Assembly: GCA_963818865.1 (NCBI GenBank)
Contig: CAWFTQ010000007.1
Coordinates: forward strand, 273,763-337,762
From: an uncultured Acidobacteriaceae bacterium
GTDB lineage: Bacteria; Acidobacteriota; Terriglobia; Terriglobales; Acidobacteriaceae
Reading direction: 5' to 3'
Length of the DNA stretch: 64,000 nucleotides
The position numbers were made by a program, and so were the translations under genes. The number at the start of each line of letters is the position of its first letter. Within the stretch, counting starts at the first letter, position 1. Below the pieces are notes generated by a model that ran no database searches, had not been told where the DNA came from, and saw only the letters and a program-made list of their open reading frames with translations. Positions 52,305 to 60,348 of this stretch are shown one piece after another.

Positions 52305-55300
52305 ATGGGTGGTCGAAACACGTCTTGCGGGAACAAATCTGGAAAGACTCTGGTAGCGTGGTTGCCGGCATTGTTTGTCACCATACTCGTGCTGTGCCTG
52401 CAGAGTGTGGCGTTCGCGCAAACCAAGCCGGAGCGGCAATCGAAGGCTGTAAAGCCAACCCAATCGACGCCGTCGTCAACTGCGAATGCGGCTAACCAGA
52501 GCGCAAACCCCGACGACAAAGATTCCGGCAAGCCGGAAGACAAACTTTTCAAGGGCATGAAATATCGCATGATCGGCCCGTTCCGTGGCGGACGCTCACT
52601 GACTGCGGCTGGAATTCCCGGCGATCCCACCACCTATTATTTCGGCGCGACCGGCGGGGGTGTGTGGAAGTCGACTGACGGAGCGATGACCTGGTCGCCA
52701 ATATTCGATAAAGAGGGAAGTGGAGACATTGGCAGTCTCGCCGTCGCCAACTCCGATCACAACACGATTTATGTTGGAACTGGCGAGGCCTGCATTCGCG
52801 GAAACATTTCTCATGGAGATGGAGTCTACAAATCGCTCGACGGCGGCAAAACCTGGAAAAACGTCGGCTTGCACGACAGTCGCGCCATCGGCAAAGTTAT
52901 CGTGAATCCGAATAATCCTGACATCGCGTTCGTGGCCGCGCTCGGGCATCCTTTTGGACCGAACACCGAACGTGGCATCTTCCGCACAACCGATGGCGGC
53001 AAGAGCTGGGAAAAAGTTCTTTACAAAGATGAGAACACCGGCGGCATCGATGTGGCCTTCGATCCTCACAACCCGAATATTCTTTTTGCTGCGCTGTGGC
53101 AGGCCCGGCGCACCTCGTGGAGTATGGCAAGCGGCGGCCCGGGCAGCGGACTTTACCGCTCGAATGACGGGGGGACTACCTGGAAGCGGCTGCAAGAGCA
53201 TGGTTTGCCGAAAGGTCCGTATGGACGCATTGGCATCGCCGTGGGTGCTAACTCTGATCGAGTTTATGCGCTCATCGAGGCACACAATCCTGATGGCGGC
53301 CTCTACCGCTCCGACGATGGCGGCGAAACCTGGGAGTTCATTAATCCCAGCCACAGCCTGTGGCAGCGGCCGTGGTACTACATGCACATCATCGCCGATC
53401 CGAGAGATGAAAATGTCGTCTACGTCATGGATGTCGAAACCTATAAATCGACCGATGGCGGCCACTTGTTCAATAGGATCAGAGTTCCGCACGGCGACAA
53501 TCACGGACTATGGATCGATCCCAGAGATACGCGGCGAATGATCGCATCCAACGATGGTGGAGTCACGATCACACTAGATGGCGGCAAGAACTGGACGCGC
53601 GAAGATAATCAACCGACGGCGCAGTTCTACCACGTCATCACGGACACGGCCACGCCGTACCGCGTATACGGTTCGCAGCAGGACAGCGGAACGGTGGCTA
53701 TCGCCAGCCGCAGCGACGATGGCGCCATCGATCGCTCGGACTGGTATGACGTTGGCGGAGGCGAGGCGGGCTACATCGCGCCGTATCCGCCGGACCCGAA
53801 TATTGTTTATGCCGCGGATTATCAGGGCAACATCACGCGCTTCGACAAGCGTATCGGACAGGTCAAATCGATCACCGAGCAGCCTGAGCTTTCCGATGCT
53901 CACGGCGCCGGCAACCTGGAACACCGTTTCCAGTGGACCGCGCCCGTATTGATTTCGTCGCACGATCCCAACACGCTGTATCACGCGGGCGAACGCCTGT
54001 TCAAGACCACGGACGGTGGCGTGCATTGGCAGGCAATCAGTCCGGATCTGACGCGCAATGACAAGACCAAGCAGAATGTTTCCGGGGGTGAAATCACTCT
54101 GGACGATTCTGGTACCGAATACTACGACACGATTTTCGCGCTCGCCGAGTCGCCGATCACCAAAGGGTTGCTGTGGGTGGGCACCGATGACGGTCTGATC
54201 CAGATCACGCGCGATGAAGGAAAAAACTGGACCAATATCACCCCCAAAGATTTGCCGGAGTGGAGCCGCATAAGCCAGATCGAAGCCTCGCCCCACGATG
54301 CCGGTACGGCATACGTTGCCGTGGATCGGCATCAGAGCGACGACCTTAAACCTTACATCTATAAAACCAGCGACTACGGCCAGAGCTGGACGAGACTCAC
54401 CAACGGAATTCCCGATGGTAGTTTTGTTCGAGCCGTCCGCGAAGATCCGAAGCGGCGCGGACTACTTTACGCGGGAACCGAGAACGGTGTGTATGTTTCG
54501 TTCAACGATGGGGCGGCGTGGAAGTCGCTCAAGTTGAATCTACCGACTACGCCGGTGCACGATCTGGTCGTTAAAGACAACGACCTGGTGGTCGCCACGC
54601 ATGGGCGGGCGTTCTGGATTCTGGATGACATCAGTCCGTTGCGGCAGTTCAATGACGACGTGGCGAAGAAGGATGTCCATCTCTACACTCCGGATGCGGC
54701 TTACCGCATTCAAGCGGGTGAAAGCGGCGAGCATCATCCTTCCAAACGGACGGGACAGAATCCTCCGGCGGGTGCTGTGATTTATTACTACTTGAAAGAT
54801 GCGCCCAAGGCGGGGACAGAAACGAAGCTGGAAATTCTTGACTCGACGGGAAAGTTGATTCGTAAGTATTCAAGCACCGAAACGGAATTGCTGGACGAGC
54901 CTCTGGGACCGGACGATAAGAAGCCCGAAAAGGAGATAAAACCGGACGCTGGCTTGAATCGGTTCGTGTGGGATCTGCGCTATGAAGAAGCCCATCGTAT
55001 TCCCGGTTACTACCTTTGGGAGTACAACGCCGGGGCGAAGGGACCGGTAGCGGCGCCCGGCCAATATCAAGTGCGACTGACGGTTGGATCAGAGAGCCAG
55101 GTTGCACCGTTCGAGTTGAAGCTGGATCCGCGGGTGAAGGTGAGCCAGGCAGATCTGGCGCAGCAGTTCAACCTGCAGGCGCAGATTCATGAGGAACTTA
55201 ACCGAGTTTATGACGCGGTCAACCAGATACAGGATGTGCGCTCGCAAGTGGCTGGCCTGAAGCGTCGGTTGCCGGAGAACGCCAGCACGAAAGCCATTTC

Positions 55301-55649
55301 TGCGTCGGCCGACGATCTGGAGAAAAAGCTGGTAGCCGTACGCGATCAAATGGTGAATCTCACCATCAGTGCGAACGAAGATTCACTGGCTTATCCGCCG
55401 CAAATCGATGCGAAGCTCGCCTACCTTGCCATGGACGTAGGCAGCGCGGACTCCGCGCCCACCGAGGCGGAGCAGCTTGAGTTCGAGAAGCTGAAGCGCG
55501 AAAGTGGAGAGTTGCTGAGCCGCTGGGATGATTTGCAGCGTCGCGATCTGGCGGCCTTCCAAAAACTGACGGCGGAGGGCAGCCTGTCCACCGTGGTGGT
55601 TCCACCCGCAGGTCGCGCCGGGGATGCGGAAAACATTGATGCTCACTAG
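52305..55649 (+). CDS. Large secreted Asp-box (BNR)/sortilin-VPS10-like repeat protein
   Basis: At least 10 S-x-D-x-G-x-T-W Asp-boxes (STDGAMTW, SLDGGKTW, TTDGGKSW, SNDGGTTW, SDDGGETW, and others). A TTG at 52290 is an alternative start. Confidence 0.85.
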   Translation: MGGRNTSCGNKSGKTLVAWLPALFVTILVLCLQSVAFAQTKPERQSKAVKPTQSTPSSTANAANQSANPDDKDSGKPEDKLFKGMKYRMIGPFRGGRSLTAAGIPGDPTTYYFGATGGGVWKSTDGAMTWSPIFDKEGSGDIGSLAVANSDHNTIYVGTGEACIRGNISHGDGVYKSLDGGKTWKNVGLHDSRAIGKVIVNPNNPDIAFVAALGHPFGPNTERGIFRTTDGGKSWEKVLYKDENTGGIDVAFDPHNPNILFAALWQARRTSWSMASGGPGSGLYRSNDGGTTWKRLQEHGLPKGPYGRIGIAVGANSDRVYALIEAHNPDGGLYRSDDGGETWEFINPSHSLWQRPWYYMHIIADPRDENVVYVMDVETYKSTDGGHLFNRIRVPHGDNHGLWIDPRDTRRMIASNDGGVTITLDGGKNWTREDNQPTAQFYHVITDTATPYRVYGSQQDSGTVAIASRSDDGAIDRSDWYDVGGGEAGYIAPYPPDPNIVYAADYQGNITRFDKRIGQVKSITEQPELSDAHGAGNLEHRFQWTAPVLISSHDPNTLYHAGERLFKTTDGGVHWQAISPDLTRNDKTKQNVSGGEITLDDSGTEYYDTIFALAESPITKGLLWVGTDDGLIQITRDEGKNWTNITPKDLPEWSRISQIEASPHDAGTAYVAVDRHQSDDLKPYIYKTSDYGQSWTRLTNGIPDGSFVRAVREDPKRRGLLYAGTENGVYVSFNDGAAWKSLKLNLPTTPVHDLVVKDNDLVVATHGRAFWILDDISPLRQFNDDVAKKDVHLYTPDAAYRIQAGESGEHHPSKRTGQNPPAGAVIYYYLKDAPKAGTETKLEILDSTGKLIRKYSSTETELLDEPLGPDDKKPEKEIKPDAGLNRFVWDLRYEEAHRIPGYYLWEYNAGAKGPVAAPGQYQVRLTVGSESQVAPFELKLDPRVKVSQADLAQQFNLQAQIHEELNRVYDAVNQIQDVRSQVAGLKRRLPENASTKAISASADDLEKKLVAVRDQMVNLTISANEDSLAYPPQIDAKLAYLAMDVGSADSAPTEAEQLEFEKLKRESGELLSRWDDLQRRDLAAFQKLTAEGSLSTVVVPPAGRAGDAENIDAH

Positions 55650-56261
55650 ATGGATGCTCACTAGCAAGTTCTCGCTTCTCAGCGAACGGCGCTTTAGCCT
55701 GCCTTCTCGCTGAGAGCCGGGAACTTGTTTTGAGTCTGGCCGTCCGCGGCTCCGTTCGGTGGTATTACTTCCGTGCCACTCCGATGGCACTGTTGTGCCC
55801 TGTACAGCGTGTCCTCAGACTGATAATTTGCCGATAGTGATGCTGATCCTCCCCTGAGGTGATGGCCGATTTGACACGGGGGTGTCTATGAGGTTCATGC
55901 ATCTTTGCTACGCAGCTGTGGGCTTCGCGGTGGCTCGCTGGATATTTCGTCGCCAGCCAGTGGTCGATCCTGTTACGCGGTTGCGTTCTTCGGGCCTTCT
56001 GTAAAAAGTTCTGGCTAAGTATTGGGCGTGCGTGCCCGTTGCGCTTCCATTTCGTCAGCGCACGCCCACTTCCTTTTTTCCGCGCGGAAGTTCTAGCACT
56101 AAGGTTTGCCGGAGTTATCTCTGTTTCGTCCCTGCTTCTCACTACAATTCTGGAAGGACCTCTGCGGTTCGTGGTGATTTACCGCGCGCCTGCAGTTCGC
56201 GATATCTTCTGGCGTCATAGCGCATTGCGCCGGATAGTGATCGGGTCCATGGGAATTCCAG

Positions 56262-57128
56262 GTGCGAACACCGACCACAATCCGCTGGACCACGGCCCTG
56301 CTGGTCGCGGGGCTTCTCGTGCTGGCTCTGCCGCAGCGCGTTCATGCGCAGGACGATCCCAACGAAGCACCACTCGGCGATGTGGCGCGCAGTTTTCGCA
56401 AGAAGGTCGCCTCGCCTGAAGAAGTCGTTATCGATAACGACAATTTTTCCAAAGTAGTGGAAGACGCCGAGAGCCGCAGAGTATCGGGCTCTACTATGGT
56501 GTTCTCGCTCGATCCGGGAGCAAAGAGCTTTCAAGTTTCCTCCCCTGACGTTAGTTGCAGCTTTTCTTTTAGCGCCAGGACCAGTTCGCTGCTCTCCGAT
56601 CCGATTGCACTGGATGAGTTGCCGCGGAGCGAATTGGCCAAATTGGATGGGCCGGCCACGATCGATGGAGATTCGCTGCAGGTCTCGATGCATAACGGAA
56701 CCGCATGGGAGCTGCGCGAAGTAGTGATTGGGCTAACGATCCTGCGGCGCCCTGGCCCCGGCGATGCGGCCGCTTCTTATGGCGCGGCGCGAATTGTGCC
56801 CGCGGTGGCAGATGGTTCTGCACCGCCGGTACAAGACTCTTTTCAGAAACAGCCTGATATCACCGTGCTGTTGCGAGTGAAAGGGTCGGCCGCTCCCTCT
56901 GCTACGGCGTTATTTCGCACCCAACTAAACTTTGCCCTGTTCCCCGATCAGGAGTGGCACTGGGCGATCGTGAGAGCCAAGGGAGTTCCACCGCAACCTC
57001 CAGCTGAAACAACGACGCAACTCGATCAAGTCCCCGGCCAGCTTCCAGTGCCGCCGCTAACCGACCCAGGCCCGCAAACCGCGCCCTTGACTCCGACTCC
57101 TCCTAATCCGGACGCTGCGGTCCACTAA
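56262..57128 (+). CDS. Secreted hypothetical protein with a Pro-rich C-terminus
   Basis: Signal peptide MRTPTTIRWTTALLVAGLLVLALPQRVHA. No family recognised. Confidence 0.55.
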   Translation: MRTPTTIRWTTALLVAGLLVLALPQRVHAQDDPNEAPLGDVARSFRKKVASPEEVVIDNDNFSKVVEDAESRRVSGSTMVFSLDPGAKSFQVSSPDVSCSFSFSARTSSLLSDPIALDELPRSELAKLDGPATIDGDSLQVSMHNGTAWELREVVIGLTILRRPGPGDAAASYGAARIVPAVADGSAPPVQDSFQKQPDITVLLRVKGSAAPSATALFRTQLNFALFPDQEWHWAIVRAKGVPPQPPAETTTQLDQVPGQLPVPPLTDPGPQTAPLTPTPPNPDAAVH

Positions 57129-57207
57129 GACTTCTGCTACCCGCTGCCCGACCCTGCTCAAATCTCACGTGTTAAACTGGGCACGAATCCCACATTAAGG
57201 ACAGGCG

Positions 57208-57903
57208 ATGAAATTTGGAGTCATCATCTTCCCCGGTTCCAACTGCGACCACGATGCTTTCTGGACCATTCAGCAAGTGGCCAGGCAGCCCGTCACGTTT
57301 TTGTGGCACGAATCGCGTGATCTGGAAAATTGTGACGCCATCATCGTCCCGGGAGGATTCGCGTTTGGGGACTACCTGCGGACTGGCGCGATTGCGAAGT
57401 TTTCTCCGGTGATGGAATCTGTGCGTCGCTTTGCCGATGGCGGAGGCCTGGTGTTGGGAATTTGCAATGGCTTCCAGATTCTGTGCGAATCGGGGCTGCT
57501 GCCGGGGGCCCTCATGCGCAACGCCGGGCTGAAATATGTTTGCAAACCGGTGCAGGTGCGGGTGGAAAATGCTCTCACTCCATTTACCAATGCCTGTTCG
57601 AAAGGAGAAGTGTTAACCATCCCTATCGGCCACATGGAGGGAAACTATTTCTGCGATCTGGAAACACTGGATGAGTTGCTGCGCAGCAATCGCATCGTGT
57701 TTCGATATTGCACCGCTGCCGGTGAAATCTCAGGGTCGGCCAATCCAAACGGTTCTCTGGAGAATATCGCTGGCATTTGTAGTGCAGGCGGCAATGTGGT
57801 CGGCATGATGCCTCATCCCGAAAGATCTGCCGAACCCGAACTGGGCTGTACCGACGGAATGAAGATCTTCCAGTCCATGGTGGGTGCGATGGCGAGCAAG
57901 TAG
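57208..57903 (+). CDS. purQ: Phosphoribosylformylglycinamidine synthase, glutaminase subunit
   Basis: FPGSNCDHD, catalytic GICNGFQIL, and MMPHPER. Confidence 0.95.
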   Translation: MKFGVIIFPGSNCDHDAFWTIQQVARQPVTFLWHESRDLENCDAIIVPGGFAFGDYLRTGAIAKFSPVMESVRRFADGGGLVLGICNGFQILCESGLLPGALMRNAGLKYVCKPVQVRVENALTPFTNACSKGEVLTIPIGHMEGNYFCDLETLDELLRSNRIVFRYCTAAGEISGSANPNGSLENIAGICSAGGNVVGMMPHPERSAEPELGCTDGMKIFQSMVGAMASK

Positions 57904-58056
57904 AACGTCCCAAGGCGGAAATTTCGCAGGTCTTTTTTTCCACAAGATATTCTGCTTGCAAATTGTCCGATTTCTGCTAGTGTCTGCGCAAAGCGCTTCC
58001 CATTTCGACCCTTAGGAACTAAAACGTTCAAAAAACTTTAGGGAGGAGTGTGTCTA

Positions 58057-59304
58057 ATGACATCGAAACAAATTCTTGACGCCTTTTCCGAGACTCTAAT
58101 GCAGGATGAACGCATTCTGAGCCCTCGCGAACGGGAATTGCTGACGAGTCTTTTGCAAAATGCGAAGGCTGCAGCCGGTAATCTAGAAATTCAATCGGCT
58201 GTAACTGCTGCCATCGCTCGGTCCGTTGGTGAGACGGTGGCACAACGCGCTTTCGCATTGCTGGGAAGCAGCATCGTGGAGCAGATTGTGGCACGTGGTG
58301 CGGCACCGTCTGCTACGGAAGAAAACATTCCTGCCACCGTGTTTGGCGGTCCGCAGCCCCCGAGCGGCCCGCAGCCGCCTTCCGGGCCTCTGCCTAAACC
58401 GGGGCCGCAGCCTCCTAGCGGACCCCAACCCCCAAGTACGAGTATTAATCTGCGCCGCAAAAGTACATACGGCACCGAAGAGGGAATTCCTGCGACCGTG
58501 TTCGCTGGCCCGCAGCCCCCGAGCGGACCGCAGCCACCTTCTACAGCACCGAAGGGCCCACCATCAGGCCCGCAGCCTCCCAGCGGACCACAGCCTCCCA
58601 GCCTCAGTCTCCGGCGCGAAAACGCATCCGTGACGCGGGGAGCGCAGGAAAGCGAACCTGGCTCGGGGAGCGGTGTCGCGGTGTTGGAGGAACCTGCGGT
58701 CGTTCGGGCACAATGCGTCGTCTTGGATGAGTTCCTGGCACCGCAGGAGATGGCACAACTGATTCGCTATTCGCTGGAGCACGAAGCGCAGTTCACCACC
58801 AGCGAAGTGATTTCTCCGAGCGGCGAACCCGGAGTAACCGATTACAGCCATCGTCGTTCGCGAGTGCTGATGGAGCTGGGACCGCACGAGGAAGTCATCC
58901 TCAATCGAATTCGTGGAGTTCTTCCAAGGGTGCTGCAGCAACTGGGGATGGAGGAGTTTCCGGTCACCCACACGGAAGTGCAGATCACAGCCAGCAATGA
59001 TGGAGACTTCTTCCATGCACACTGCGACGATGCGCAAGAGATGATTGCCTCTCGCCGGTTGACGTTCGTGTATTTTTTCCATCGCGAACCAAGCCAGTTT
59101 GAGGGAGGGGAGCTGCGACTTCACGACTCGAAGAAGACCGGCGCACATCCCCTCAGTATCGGCAGCTATCAGGCGGTTGTGCCGCAGCAGAATCAAATCG
59201 TGTTCTTCCCATGTTCGACACTGCACGAAATCACCCCTGTACAGTGCCGGTCACGGGCCTTTGCGGACGGCCGCTTCACGGTGAACGGATGGCTACACCA
59301 GTAA
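58057..59304 (+). CDS. Fusion protein: helical N-domain + duplicated (GPQPPS)n proline-rich segment + C-terminal 2OG-Fe(II) oxygenase (prolyl-4-hydroxylase-type) domain
   Basis: AGGAGG lies 9 nt before the ATG at 58057. HxD in FFHAHCDD, distal His in STLHEITPV, and Arg in GRFTVNGW. The block RLTFVYFFH...FEGGELRL is typical of the 2OG-FeII_Oxy_3 type. Confidence 0.8.
   Translation: MTSKQILDAFSETLMQDERILSPRERELLTSLLQNAKAAAGNLEIQSAVTAAIARSVGETVAQRAFALLGSSIVEQIVARGAAPSATEENIPATVFGGPQPPSGPQPPSGPLPKPGPQPPSGPQPPSTSINLRRKSTYGTEEGIPATVFAGPQPPSGPQPPSTAPKGPPSGPQPPSGPQPPSLSLRRENASVTRGAQESEPGSGSGVAVLEEPAVVRAQCVVLDEFLAPQEMAQLIRYSLEHEAQFTTSEVISPSGEPGVTDYSHRRSRVLMELGPHEEVILNRIRGVLPRVLQQLGMEEFPVTHTEVQITASNDGDFFHAHCDDAQEMIASRRLTFVYFFHREPSQFEGGELRLHDSKKTGAHPLSIGSYQAVVPQQNQIVFFPCSTLHEITPVQCRSRAFADGRFTVNGWLHQ
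58318..58617 (+). repeat. In-frame tandem duplication (2 x ~50 codons) containing eight exact GPQPPS hexapeptides
   Basis: Copy 1 is EENIPATVFGGPQPPSGPQPPSGPLPKPGPQPPSGPQPPSTSINLRRK. Copy 2 is EEGIPATVFAGPQPPSGPQPPSTAPKGPPSGPQPPSGPQPPSLSLRRE. Confidence 0.85.
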
Positions 59305-60335
59305 AAGACACGGCATGGCTTGAGTGGATTGCAGGCCTGATGGCAGCAGCATCGCGGCAACGACACACCGCGGTGCTGCCTCCGCAGCAGTTTCATTGCC
59401 TGCTGGAAGAGTTGCCGCTGCACTTGATTCCGCAGCATAGTTTAGATCGCCAGTTCCTCCGGGCTGACCCTCCTCATCCGCTAGTCTTCAACCCCGAATG
59501 TTTGGTTCTGCCCGCCGGGCAGATGCCGCCAGACTTGGAAGCGCAGCGCGAACTGCTGGAAGGTTTCAGTATGCAAAGCACTATAGCCTGGGTTCGTGAC
59601 CCTGCAACCAGCTCGTTGCATCCGTTCTGGCTTGGTCCCCAGTTCGAAGCGGTAGTTTCAAGTCTGCATGCGGGGAAACTTGCTCCAGCGGCGTTGCCGC
59701 AGGCGCAGCGGCTTTTGCTTGCGGCGGCTGGCATCCTGATGCCCGCGGATTATGCGCAACGCCGGCGTGCGCGGTGGGCGGAGATAGTCAGCACCTGCAG
59801 ACCAGTTTTTCGGGAAAGGAATTACGTTCCCCTCAGTGACTTGATTCACCCCTTCAATCTCGCTGCTTTGCGGCGCTACTACCGGCATGCGATCCGGCGT
59901 GGAGGGATTTGGCTGGGGGACGAGCAAAGCCCGCGGCGTTATGTTGCCCATAATGAGCCTGTGGCCCGCTACTTCCATCATCAGATCACGAATGCGCTTA
60001 GCGGCATCGTGGGCGAACCAATCAAACCTTCCTACGTTTATTTGGCGTCTTACTTGAGCGGCGCCGAGCTGAAGAAGCACACCGACCGGGAACAATGCGA
60101 GTTCAGCGTGACGCTGTGTCTGGATTATTCTCCCGAACCCGAACTGGCAACCCCGTGGCCGATTCGTCTGGACACCTCCGAAGGCACGGTTGTTGCTTAT
60201 CAGGCACTGGGCGATGGCTTAATCTACCGGGGAACAAAGGTACCTCATTACCGCGATGTTCTGGCCCCCGGGCATACCTCGACATCGATTTTCTTCCATT
60301 ATGTTCCGGCGGATTTTTCTGGGCCTCTCGACTAG
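59289..60335 (+). CDS. Second 2OG-Fe(II)-oxygenase-like / cupin-fold hypothetical protein, translationally coupled to the upstream gene
   Basis: The ATG at 59289 lies 16 nt before the upstream stop. Candidate facial triad HTD (LKKHTDRE) plus a distal His (KVPHYRD). Confidence 0.6.
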   Translation: MATPVKDTAWLEWIAGLMAAASRQRHTAVLPPQQFHCLLEELPLHLIPQHSLDRQFLRADPPHPLVFNPECLVLPAGQMPPDLEAQRELLEGFSMQSTIAWVRDPATSSLHPFWLGPQFEAVVSSLHAGKLAPAALPQAQRLLLAAAGILMPADYAQRRRARWAEIVSTCRPVFRERNYVPLSDLIHPFNLAALRRYYRHAIRRGGIWLGDEQSPRRYVAHNEPVARYFHHQITNALSGIVGEPIKPSYVYLASYLSGAELKKHTDREQCEFSVTLCLDYSPEPELATPWPIRLDTSEGTVVAYQALGDGLIYRGTKVPHYRDVLAPGHTSTSIFFHYVPADFSGPLD

Positions 60336-60348
60336 GAGGAGAGCTGCC

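Noticed and set aside
52596-54332. Two long minus-strand ORFs (302 aa and 252 aa) inside the Asp-box protein gene
   Set aside because: Both are shadow ORFs. The plus-strand frame carries at least 10 regularly spaced SxDxGxTW Asp-boxes.
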